Assembly: GCA_034189385.1 (NCBI GenBank)
Contig: JAXHVD010000005.1
Span: 96,001-160,000 of the forward strand
Origin: Thermodesulfobacteriota bacterium
GTDB taxonomy: Bacteria; Desulfobacterota; Desulfobacteria; Desulfobacterales; C00003060
DNA: 64,000 nt
Reading direction: 5' to 3'
The translations under genes were made by a program, and so were the position numbers. Shown one piece after another: positions 41,562 to 50,223 of this stretch (position 1 is its first letter; every line of letters begins with the position of its first letter). Below the pieces are notes generated by a model. That model made no database searches and had not been told where the DNA came from. It saw only the letters and a list, made by a program, of their open reading frames with translations.

Positions 41562-41853
41562 GTGAATAAACAACCAGCTGTCTATATCCTGGCAAGCAAA
41601 CGAAATGGTGACGCTATATGTCGGTGTCACTTCAAATCTCGTGAAGAGAATATGGGAACACAAAAACAATATGGTGGAAGGATTCTCCAAACGATACAAT
41701 GTTCATCGACTAGTCTGGTATGAATTACACGATAGCATGGAATCCGCTATAATCAGGGAGAAGAGGATAAAAGACTGGAAGCGAAAATGGAAATTGGAAT
41801 TGATTGAGAGTCGTAATCCTGATTGGCAAGATTTGTATTATGTGATTGCTTGA
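41562..41853 (+). pseudogene. Frameshifted small GIY-YIG nuclease
   Basis: NKQPAVYILASKRNG then, after one extra base near 41610, TLYVGVTSNL..R..EH...LVWYE...AI.REK.IK.WKR.WK..LIE..NP.W.DL. Confidence 0.85.
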
Positions 41854-41880
41854 CTAGATTCCGGCTTTCGCCGGAATGAC
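41854..41880 (-). repeat. Right palindromic repeat flanking GIY-YIG gene
   Basis: CTAGATTCCGGCTTTCGCCGGAATGAC; 26/27 identical to the left copy, inverted. Confidence 0.9.
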
Positions 41881-41954
41881 GGTGTTGCTAAGAAGACCTT
41901 CTCCCACGGCAGGAGGGGAAGGGTGTGGGAACAGAAAGGATTTCAGAGAATATC

Positions 41955-42569
41955 ATGGGCTTGTTGTCTCGCAGTGTCTCCATCACCCGTTATAAGGTTC
42001 AGGGAAAACTCAAAGAACCTGTTCTTGAGACCATGGCGTCTTGCCTTAAGAAGCATGCTATTCGAGAAACAGACGAAGATGTCTCAGACAAGACCGTGGG
42101 GTGGACCTCATATGACAGGCCTTATGCCCCGGATTTTTCAGGGTCTTCCTTTAATATAGGGACCTATTTTGTCTTTTCCTTAAGGACAGACAAAAGGACC
42201 ATCCCTCCGAAAATGCTTAAGAAACACTGCGCCATAGAAATGGCAAAGCGCCTGGCGCGCATTGACCGGCCCTATCTGTCGAGCCACGAAAAGGACATGA
42301 TAAGGGACGACGTTACCAGTTTTCTCAGGCGACGCATCCCGGCCACACCCTATGTCTATGACATCCTATGGAGCTATGAAGAAGCTTTCTTGTGGTTCTT
42401 CACCACGCTTAAGTCCGCCAACGAAGACCTGGAAACCCTCTTTCTAAAGTCCTTTGAAATGCCGTTGATCCGGCTCTTTCCCTACACCACGGCCGATCTT
42501 GCCATGGGCCTTTCAGCGCGGGACCGAGACGCTCTCCTTACCCTTTCCGCCACCACTTTCACGGGGTGA
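41955..42569 (+). CDS. RdgC-like recombination-associated protein
   Basis: MGLLS.S.SITRY.V, GW, LR.DKR.IP, F..SF...L pattern of deltaproteobacterial RdgC-like proteins. Confidence 0.7.
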   Translation: MGLLSRSVSITRYKVQGKLKEPVLETMASCLKKHAIRETDEDVSDKTVGWTSYDRPYAPDFSGSSFNIGTYFVFSLRTDKRTIPPKMLKKHCAIEMAKRLARIDRPYLSSHEKDMIRDDVTSFLRRRIPATPYVYDILWSYEEAFLWFFTTLKSANEDLETLFLKSFEMPLIRLFPYTTADLAMGLSARDRDALLTLSATTFTG

Positions 42570-42573
42570 CCCC

Positions 42574-43098
42574 ATGCTTGATGTCTCAATCTCCTATAAC
42601 CGATACAAATTTTTAGGCCACGAGTTCCTTACCTGGCTATGGTTTGTCATGGAAAAGGACCCGCAAAGGATCAAGGGACTGGACCAGGAGCCTCTGGCTC
42701 TTCGTATTGGAAACCGCATGGTCCTTGAAAACAGAAGAGGAGATGCCCTGGAAAGCATCACCATCAAAGGGGATGACGCTGGTCTTGAAGAGGGCCTTCT
42801 GGCGTTGAGAAAAGGGGCCGTAGTCACAGAGATGAATCTCCTCTATGAGGCAGGAGACAACCAATGGCAGTTTACGATCAAGGGAGAAAGCCTGCACCTG
42901 GTAAGTTTCAGGTGCCCCCAAACAGGTCCTGTGGAGACTGAAGAAGATGTAGAAGGGGCCGTCCTTGAAAAGGCCTATCTCTATGAGAAAGCCATTCAGC
43001 TAACCGATAAACTCTACAAGGAATTCATCACCCTGAGGGTCTCAGACCAGTGGACCAAGAAGGTGGTTCCCCGCATGAAAAAGTGGATCCATTCCTGA
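42574..43098 (+). CDS. Hypothetical protein, partner of the RdgC-like gene
   Basis: FLGHEFLTWLWF motif; starts 4 nt after the previous stop. Confidence 0.7.
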   Translation: MLDVSISYNRYKFLGHEFLTWLWFVMEKDPQRIKGLDQEPLALRIGNRMVLENRRGDALESITIKGDDAGLEEGLLALRKGAVVTEMNLLYEAGDNQWQFTIKGESLHLVSFRCPQTGPVETEEDVEGAVLEKAYLYEKAIQLTDKLYKEFITLRVSDQWTKKVVPRMKKWIHS

Positions 43099-43273
43099 GG
43101 GGTTCAATCTCAGCGCTCTTTGCCTTTCGGCTCCGAGCTCAAGGCCGAGGGGCGTCTTTGCGGTGAGCATATTCCCTTGTCCCCAAAACCGGTCTAACCG
43201 TATCATTCTCTTACCCTAGATCCTTCCATTTTCCCCAAGCGGCGAAGGTTAACGCACCGAAGACTCCAACACC

Positions 43274-43314
43274 TTGACCTTCTGCACGAAATGTAATACT
43301 ATTACCAGTAATAC
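43274..43314 (+). promoter_or_regulatory. Promoter/operator of the antitoxin gene
   Basis: TTGACC-17 bp-TACTAT; palindrome GTAATA-C-TATTAC plus a second GTAATAC. Confidence 0.65.
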
Positions 43315-43334
43315 TCAACACTGGAGGTTTCGTC

Positions 43335-43562
43335 ATGAGAGTAACCACAAAGGGTCAGGTCACGATACCCCAGCAAATCCGCGAAAAATTGGGGATAACC
43401 CCGGCAACAGAAGTTGATTTTGTCGAGGAAGAAGGCCGTGTATTCTTGGTGAAACGAAAAGGGAAAAAAGCTGTCAACCATAGATTCGCAAGGCTGCGTG
43501 GCGTTGCAACTGTCAAGATGACGACAGATGAGATCATGGCCTTAACGAGGTCTGACAGATGA
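43335..43562 (+). CDS. AbrB/MazE-type antitoxin
   Basis: MRVTTKGQVTIP..IREKLGI...V.F; C-terminal TTDEIMALTR; SD GGAGG. Confidence 0.92.
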   Translation: MRVTTKGQVTIPQQIREKLGITPATEVDFVEEEGRVFLVKRKGKKAVNHRFARLRGVATVKMTTDEIMALTRSDR

Positions 43563-43754
43563 AGTCCCTGAGACGTCGAACCTCTCCTTTTCCCTAACGG
43601 CAGGTGTGTCGAGACTTGCCCCCGGATTCGGCAACAGAGGGATGGTGAAAGGTATTGGAGGCCAAAGAGAAGCGAATTTTCCCATCCCGAGGCTTCCATC
43701 GCATAGAAAAGACACAAACCAGCCCACTGCGGTTTTCTAGAAACCTCTGTTTAC

Positions 43755-44033
43755 TTTTTGTTTTTATTTCGTGCCAGAAAACCTGGTCCTTTGGGCCAGG
43801 TCAGGGTAAACTGGCTTTGCCAAATATCGTTAATAGTGCCTAAAGTTTTAAGTGCACTAAAGTGCGCTAAAGTTAAGGAATTGTGCCAATTATATAAAAG
43901 AATGGAGCGAAGCGACTTCCATCACTTTAGGCACTTTAGCTCACTTCAGGCACTTTGAACTTGTCCAGTATTCAGAAAACAGCCCCTTTCAGGGGCAAAT
44001 CAACGCCTGGTCCTTCGGGCCAGGATTCTTTAC
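43755..44033. mobile_element. Non-coding miniature element with terminal hairpins and an internal palindromic tandem array
   Basis: CCTGGTCCTT(T/C)GGGCCAGG at 43782-43800 and 44006-44024; internal AAGTGCNCTA-type arms in inverted orientation; boundaries approximate. Confidence 0.6.
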
Positions 44034-44063
44034 TTCAAATGGTTGTCAGGAAAGGAAAACTTG

Positions 44064-44468
44064 GTGAAAGGTTTTCTCGTTGACTCAAATGTCATTCTAG
44101 ACATTTTCCTTGATGATCCCCATTGGGCTGATTGGTCTGAATCGACATTGGCAGACTATGCCGATAAGGGACCGCTCTATATGAACGCCATGGTCTACAC
44201 CGAAGTCTCTGTTGGTTTTGAAAAGATAGAGGAACTGGAGGTAGCTCTGCAAAAGGGTGGATTCCAGATGCTGGAAATCCCCAAAGAAGCCCTATTTCTG
44301 GCCGGCAAAGCCTATCTCAAGTATAGAGGGGGCAGTGGGGTAAAGAGATCTCCATTGCCCGATTTCTACATTGGAGCCCAAGCCGCTGTGCTCGATCTGG
44401 ACCTCATCACACGAGATGTGACGAGATATGGGACCTATTTTCCAACAGTTCGACTGATCTGCCCCTAG
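44064..44468 (+). CDS. VapC-family PIN toxin
   Basis: LVDSNVILD, EVS, PDFYIGAQA, LITRD..RY.TYFP. Confidence 0.92.
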   Translation: MKGFLVDSNVILDIFLDDPHWADWSESTLADYADKGPLYMNAMVYTEVSVGFEKIEELEVALQKGGFQMLEIPKEALFLAGKAYLKYRGGSGVKRSPLPDFYIGAQAAVLDLDLITRDVTRYGTYFPTVRLICP

Positions 44469-44513
44469 GGGCCTGATGGTTTCGTTTTCAAAAACCCTGT
44501 TTTGCCGGAGGTC

Positions 44514-44657
44514 CTATCTCTCACCCCGGTAAGAGTTCCGCCTTACGGGGCAGGCAGAGGCCACGGAGCCTCAGAGTTGTTGACCCGATCTCCTGCGGGA
44601 AAACCGCTCAACCTGCTTGTGCGCGGTCATCCGTCGTCTGTTGTCTGTCATCTGAGA
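44514..44657 (+). repeat. Dispersed ~110-bp repeat, copy 1 (with a 31-bp nested insert)
   Basis: Aligns by eye with 50072-50180. Confidence 0.75.
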
Positions 44658-44752
44658 CCGCTGATAGCTCTAGCGACCCTGAGCAGACTCGAAGGGGAGC
44701 GGGCGAGAGAACCTGAGCCCTCAAATGTGAACTTGGCCCAGAAGAAGCCGAG

Positions 44753-45952
44753 ATGAACCAACGCAATTGGCAAAAAGCCATCTTGCATCTGGATATCGAT
44801 GCCTTCTATCCCGCTGTGGAGGTGCTGGATCATCCGGATCTGAAGGGCAAGCCCGTCATCGTGGGGGGCACGAGGGAAAGGGGGGTGGTGTCATCGGCCT
44901 CCTATGAGGCGCGCACCTTTGGGGTCCACTCGGCCCAGCCCATGGCCACGGCCATGACTCTTTGTCCCAAGGGGGTATTCCTGCCGGTGAGGATGGCCAG
45001 GTACAAAGAGGTCTCCAGCCAGGTCTTTGAGATCTTTCATCGCTTCACGCCATTGGTGGAACCCATCTCCATTGATGAGGCCTTTTTGGATGTTACTGGC
45101 TCTGCGCGCCTTTTCGGTCAGCCACAAGAGATTGCCGCAACCATTAAGCGGATGGTCCGCGAGGAAACAGGGTTGACCATTTCAGCTGGCCTTGCGCCGT
45201 CAAAATTCGTGGCCAAGATCGCCTCAGACCTGGAGAAACCGGACGGTTTGACCATCGTATTGCCAGAGCAAGTACAAGCCTTTCTGGACCCTCTTCCCAT
45301 CGACAAGATGTGGGGCGTGGGAAAACAGACCCGGAAAAGACTCCACGGCCTGGGCATTCGGACGATCGGGGATCTGGGCCGCTTTTCGGCCAAAGGTCTG
45401 GAAAAAAAGTTGGGAAAGCACGGGATCAAGATGCATCAGTTGGCCCTGGGGATAGACGAAAGAGACGTTTGCCCCTTCAGTGAGATAAAGTCTATCGGAC
45501 ACGAAGAGACCTTTTCCCAGGACATCACACAGGAAGAAGCCGCCCGAAAGGAGATCCTTTTCCTTTCCCAAAAGGTGGCCCGCCGGATGCGTCGAAAGGG
45601 CGTTTCAGGCAGAACCATCACCTTGAAGGTCAAATACAGCGATTTTGTGCAGGTGACCCGGTCTGCCACGTTGCCTGCCTTTACCTGTGACGGGCACGCG
45701 ATATTTGCTACAGCCTGTAGGCTGATGGCAAAGACCGATGTTGGGAGAAAACCGGTCCGGCTTTTAGGCGTCTCCGTGTCGCAACTGAGTCATGCCTCGG
45801 CATCAACAGAACAGCTCTCTCTTTTTCAGGAAGATGAGGCGTCATCCAAGAGAAAGAACCTGAACACGGCCCTTGATTCCGTGTCCGAAAAGTTCGGCGA
45901 GGACGCCCTTCGGCCCGCCACCCTTCTCACCGAAGACGGGAGTCGTTCATAG
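44753..45952 (+). CDS. dinB: DNA polymerase IV
   Basis: HLDIDAFY.AVE, SYEAR.FGV.SA, SIDEAFLD, KIASD..KPDG, VRLLGV. Confidence 0.97.
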   Translation: MNQRNWQKAILHLDIDAFYPAVEVLDHPDLKGKPVIVGGTRERGVVSSASYEARTFGVHSAQPMATAMTLCPKGVFLPVRMARYKEVSSQVFEIFHRFTPLVEPISIDEAFLDVTGSARLFGQPQEIAATIKRMVREETGLTISAGLAPSKFVAKIASDLEKPDGLTIVLPEQVQAFLDPLPIDKMWGVGKQTRKRLHGLGIRTIGDLGRFSAKGLEKKLGKHGIKMHQLALGIDERDVCPFSEIKSIGHEETFSQDITQEEAARKEILFLSQKVARRMRRKGVSGRTITLKVKYSDFVQVTRSATLPAFTCDGHAIFATACRLMAKTDVGRKPVRLLGVSVSQLSHASASTEQLSLFQEDEASSKRKNLNTALDSVSEKFGEDALRPATLLTEDGSRS

Positions 45953-46029
45953 CCAGGATACCCCGTGGCGCAGGAATAGCAGATGAGTTGTGTAATAGAC
46001 AAAGAAACGGTGAAACGGAGAGGCGGTGA

Positions 46030-46389
46030 ATGGGAGAACGAATAAACAGCTACAAGGAACTTCGGGTTTTCCAGAATGCTATGGACGCTGCCATGAAGAT
46101 CTTCGAGGTGACGAAAGGCTTCCCTGCCGAGGAAAGATTCTCCATGGTCGATCAAATGCGGCGTTCTTCTCGTTCGGTTTGTGCCAACATCGGAGAAGCC
46201 TGGCGAAAAAGGCGGTATAAGGCTGCGTTCATTGCCAAATTGAGCGACGCGGAAAGCGAGGCCTGTGAGACACAAGCGTTTCTCCGCTCCCTGATCTTCA
46301 GTCCGCAGGCCTGTGGCAGAAGAAAGGGAGGAGGGAAAGAATCGGAAGGCTTGACTGAACCATCTCAATCGTATATAAAAAGTATATGA
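46030..46389 (+). pseudogene. 3'-truncated four-helix-bundle (23S rRNA IVP-like) protein
   Basis: L.VFQ...FP.EE.FS..DQ.RRSSRSVCANIGEAWRKRRY...ESEACETQ, then similarity is lost. Confidence 0.75.
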
Positions 46390-46409
46390 TCGTATATAAT
46401 AAGTACATG
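46351..46409 (+). promoter_or_regulatory. Promoter and tandem operator of MNT-HEPN
   Basis: TTGACT-17 bp-TATAAA; tandem 21-bp repeats at 46368-46388 and 46389-46409 (19/21 identical). Confidence 0.65.
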
Positions 46410-46419
46410 GGGGGCTGTT

Positions 46420-46998
46420 TTGGTCAATATTAGAGCGCTCATACCCTCAAAGACCCGCCTTGAGCTGTTAAAGCTTTTGGCGCTGAACCCGGGGAATACT
46501 TTTCACGTCAACGAACTGAGCAGACGAACAGGGTTTTCTCTAAGGGGGGTGGCAAAGGAGCTGGAGAACCTTCTCTCGGGCGGCATCCTGAGTAGGGAGG
46601 TGACAGGCAATCAACACCGTTACCAGCTTGATCCTGATTGTCCTATTCACAATGAGATCAAGGGGCTTGTTTTAAAGACCGTGGGGCTTTGCGATCTGGT
46701 GAAGCGCGTCTTGGGGCCGGTGGAAAAAGATATTGAGCTGGCTTTGATCTTCGGTTCCTTTGCTTCAGGAGATTATGACAATACCAGTGACGTGGACCTC
46801 TTTGTGGTGAGCGACCTTTCTGGTGTCAAACTCTCTGAGCTACTGGGTCCGGTGCAGAATGAGATCGGCCGGGCCATAAATGTGTCTCAGTTCCGTCGGT
46901 CTGAGTATAGGCGAAGGAAAACACAAAAGGATCATTTCTTAACCCGGGTCCTTGAAGGCCCCACAATCACTGTCTTTGGTCACCTAGATGATGCTTGA
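46420..46998 (+). CDS. wHTH plus minimal nucleotidyltransferase (MNT) antitoxin
   Basis: N-terminal HTH (ELSRRTG.S...V.KEL), FGSFASG.....SDVDL. Confidence 0.88.
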   Translation: MVNIRALIPSKTRLELLKLLALNPGNTFHVNELSRRTGFSLRGVAKELENLLSGGILSREVTGNQHRYQLDPDCPIHNEIKGLVLKTVGLCDLVKRVLGPVEKDIELALIFGSFASGDYDNTSDVDLFVVSDLSGVKLSELLGPVQNEIGRAINVSQFRRSEYRRRKTQKDHFLTRVLEGPTITVFGHLDDA

Positions 46999-47440
46999 GC
47001 TCTGGAAACAGAATGGCTGGCTGCGTGAGTATGAAACCAGCCGCGGCGAGGTCGCGAGCATCCTGGGTTTGGTCAGCCGCGATCTCACCGATGCTGTTCA
47101 AGGGGAGATCTAAACAGACTGACGATTTAACATAGCATACAATGCCGGCCTACAGCTTGCTACCCTGGTGCTTTATGCCAGCGGGTATCGGGCCGGCAGA
47201 GGGGAGAGTAAACACTACCGCGTCATTCAGGCACTCCCATTGGTGATGGGAGAACGCTTTTCGTCCATTGCTGCCTATCTGGATAACTGCCGGAGAAAGA
47301 GGAATGTAAGTGAATATGACGCAGCGGGAACAGTTTCGCAAAAGGAGGTAGAGGATTTACAGCAGACGGCTCAGCACCTCAAGAGGGAAGTGGAGACATG
47401 GCTAAAGGAAAATCATCCCGAGCTCTGCGGACAGGGTTGA
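46991..47440 (+). pseudogene. HEPN-family toxin with two in-frame stops
   Basis: Frame reads ...GEI*TD*RFNIAYNA...GYR...H...RRKRN..EYD; TAA at 47111, TGA at 47120; start overlaps the MNT end. Confidence 0.8.
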
Positions 47441-47547
47441 CCCGATTCTTCCTTCTCAAGGAATTGGGTCAAGGAAAGAGGCTCTGTGGCAGAAGGGATA
47501 GAGGGAGAGGGCGACAGATTGCCTGATGATTTGATGTTTCGGATTAC

Positions 47548-47940
47548 TTGGGACGAATGGGAGGAGATTCGACGTTTAAGATCGCAAAATGCGACATTAT
47601 AGGGCGAACAGCACCAGATGTCATTTTCCGTGAAATCGGCAACCTGTTCATCGTTTCTTTCAACCGGCCTTCCCTTTTGGAGCAGGCTGATGAAGGGGAG
47701 GCAGCTACCCAAGAAACTACCCAAGAAAAAATCATTACCAGCCTGCGTGCTGAACCCATTTTAACGCGGAAGCTTCTTGCACGACGGTTGGGTATATCTG
47801 AAGATGGAGTCAAATATCACCTGAACAAGCTGAAGGCGGCGGGTAGAATCCGGCACGTTGGGCCCACAAAAGCCGGGCGGTGGGAGGTGATCGAGGACCA
47901 TCTTGATGTATCCGGCGGCGGAGTTGGGGATGATGAATGA
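47548..47940 (+). pseudogene. C-terminal wHTH fragment of a larger regulator/ATPase
   Basis: TQETTQE linker then LA..LGIS..GVKYHL..LK..G.I..VGP.KAG.W; no convincing N-terminus. Confidence 0.6.
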
Positions 47941-47974
47941 TTGGCGTCGAGGGAAGTAGGGTGGGCTCAGCCCG

Positions 47975-48086
47975 CCAATGGTTTTGTGTTTGAGTTCACC
48001 AAGAAAGAGTTCGAAGACTTGAGATGCCATTTTGGCACCTCAAGTTGGGGAGGCACAAGATATATGCCTCTGGCATTTACAGAAGA
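47975..48086 (+). pseudogene. Internal fragment of an ORF6N-domain gene
   Basis: F.FE.TK.EFE.LRC.FGTSSWGG.RY.P.AFTE. Confidence 0.65.
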
Positions 48087-48094
48087 GGGGGGCC

Positions 48095-48139
48095 CCAGGG
48101 CTTGGGCCAAAGTAAATGTGGAAAAGTAAAGGATGTCCC
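48095..48139 (+). repeat. Junction motif copy 1
   Basis: CCAGGGCTTGGGCCAAAGTAAATGTGGAAAAGTAAAGGATGTCCC. Confidence 0.85.
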
Positions 48140-48226
48140 GCTTCTAGTCCGGGGAGTCGAAAGGACTCTGGTGAAAGGTTGACGGCAAACCTGGGGCTAC
48201 TGAGAATACTGACCGGCTGTCCTGTA

Positions 48227-49453
48227 TCACGACAGAATCAAGCTGATGGGAAGTGCCCACAGCCTTGGGCCGAGATTCACCGCGTCCTCGCCGTTGTGAC
48301 AGAGAATACCCGCTTTGCAGTGGGGCGTTGCTGCCAGAAAGGCCTTCAGGCCCGCAAGGTCTTTTTCCTGCCACCTGGCCGACGATTTGAGTTCCAAGGC
48401 GATGCAGGATCGGCCTACCTCGATCACGAAGTCGACTTCGTGGCGGCCCTGGACAGCCCAAAAATGCAGGACGGCCCTTTGCCAGCTGGCAGCGAGAATG
48501 GAGAGAAGATTCTGGGCCACATAGGTTTCAAACATTGCGCCGTAGAGCGGATCGCTCCGGATTGACGATGACACTTCCAGGCCCGCCAGATAGCCTGCCA
48601 GACCGGCATCGCTAAGATAGAGTTTCGGCGACTTGATGAGACGGCTCGATCTGTTGCCGAGATAAGGCGCCGTTCTGGTGATAAGGAATGACGCCTCAAA
48701 CAGGGAGAGATAGCGGGATGTGGTCGCCGCGCTCAGCTTGGCATCACGGCCAAGTTGGCTCGGTGACAGAAGCTGCCCCGAACGCAGTGCGGTGAGGCGA
48801 AGCAAGGTCCGAAGGGCCGTTAGATCCTGTACCCGACTTAGTTCCCGAACATCCCTTTCAAGATAGGTCTGCTCGTAACCCCGAAACCATATGAGCGGAT
48901 CCTTAACCTGCCTGAGGCAGACTGCGGGCATGCTGCCCCTTGCAACATCCTCCGGACGGATGGGATGTTCGGCGTCTCTGGGGCCGATCTCCTGATCCTG
49001 AAAGAACCTCTTTATGAAAGGCTCCACCGTTGTTTGTCGACGCACTTCACGTCGGTTGAAGGGATGGAGCGCCATGTAGACCGATCTGCCCGCCAAGCTT
49101 TCGGTAATGGCCTTTAAGACTGAAAAGTTGGCGGAACCGGAAAGCAGAAACTGGCCCGGAATCCTCTCTTTATCCACACTGCGCTTGATGGCGCCGAATA
49201 TCTCCGGGCACTTGTGGGCTTCGTCTATGGTCAGGGGCAGACCGCGGCGGACAAAGCCGTCGGGGTCCGCTTTCGCTGCTTCAAGCTGGGCGAAATCGTC
49301 AAAGCTGACATAGCTTCGCTGGCCGAGATCGCCTTCGGAACAGAGAAAGGTGGTTTTACCGGTTTGTCGCATCCCGGTGAGAACCACCACAGGCATATTT
49401 TCAAGGCCGACAAGGAGAGCGTCGGTGATATCTCTCGGATGATAGTCTGTCAT
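48227..49453 (-). CDS. AAA+ ATPase with DUF4143-like C-terminal nuclease domain
   Basis: TGMRQTGKTT, IDEA, LSGS, ESLAGR, KSPKLY..D.GL, EVDFV....ELK. Confidence 0.9.
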   Translation of the reverse strand: MTDYHPRDITDALLVGLENMPVVVLTGMRQTGKTTFLCSEGDLGQRSYVSFDDFAQLEAAKADPDGFVRRGLPLTIDEAHKCPEIFGAIKRSVDKERIPGQFLLSGSANFSVLKAITESLAGRSVYMALHPFNRREVRRQTTVEPFIKRFFQDQEIGPRDAEHPIRPEDVARGSMPAVCLRQVKDPLIWFRGYEQTYLERDVRELSRVQDLTALRTLLRLTALRSGQLLSPSQLGRDAKLSAATTSRYLSLFEASFLITRTAPYLGNRSSRLIKSPKLYLSDAGLAGYLAGLEVSSSIRSDPLYGAMFETYVAQNLLSILAASWQRAVLHFWAVQGRHEVDFVIEVGRSCIALELKSSARWQEKDLAGLKAFLAATPHCKAGILCHNGEDAVNLGPRLWALPISLILS

Positions 49454-50071
49454 GATGCGCCATCTTATAGTGTCATAATGCCATTGTCAAATGAAATATT
49501 TTGACAGTGCCAGCCGAATGTCTGTGGGGAGGGCGAGGGCGGGTCGGACCAAGACAACTACTTGAAATGTTGAACGAAGGATATGAAAGCTGGTTTGTTC
49601 TTGGGGTGTGAATGCCATTTTTGCCAAGGAAATGATCCTTCCGAGAAAAACTCTGCCACTGAGTTGGTGTGCAGTAAGACCTTACGAGGACATTTTGGTG
49701 CATGAGGATGACGGTCTAATCACTGAAAATGCCCACTTTATATGTTATAAGTTCTTGAATATCAAACGATCAGCTCGGTGCGACCCGGGGCCGATGAGCT
49801 TATGTGCGTCCAGGAGATCTTCCCAAGTCGACGTCGAATGGCTTCTGCTGAATCCAACAATATTTCTTGACATTTCAACCTGATATCGCTATTCTCGCCC
49901 AGGCTTGAAGTTCTTATCTATAGGTCCCTTATTGTTGTGGGAGCATTCAGTGCAAATGGGAACACGGCCGGTACTGGTTGGGCTCCATTTCTCTGTAAAG
50001 AGAGGTGGAGCTTTTTCGTTTCAGGGACCTGTGGGATGTTCGACCCTGGAGAGTTTCGGCAGGGCCAAACA

Positions 50072-50180
50072 CTATCTCTCACAGAGTACACGGAGCCTCA
50101 GAGCCCTTGAGCCGATTTCCCGGGGGAAATCCGCTCGCCTTGCTGTGAGCGGTCATCCGGGATCCATCGTCTGTCACCGG
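50072..50180 (+). repeat. Dispersed ~110-bp repeat, copy 2
   Basis: CTATCTCTCACAGAG..CACGGAGCCTCAGAG...GCGGTCATCCG, shared with 44514-44657. Confidence 0.75.
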
Positions 50181-50223
50181 ACATCTGTGAATGTGTTTGC
50201 GGCAAAGGGCTTAGAGGAAGATT

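Noticed and set aside
43836..43960. Possible CRISPR array
   Set aside because: Units are 9-10 bp, tandem and inverted, with no unique spacers and no cas genes.
46030..46389. Diversity-generating retroelement (Avd-like four-helix bundle)
   Set aside because: No reverse transcriptase or TR/VR pair seen, and the gene is truncated.
47111..47122. Selenocysteine or readthrough at the HEPN TGA
   Set aside because: An in-frame TAA precedes it and the context suggests Trp; simple nonsense mutations are more likely.
48116..48565. ORFs containing MWKSKGC (48116, within 53240, and 61292) as a protein family
   Set aside because: The shared peptide is the translation of the DNA junction motif; downstream sequences are unrelated.
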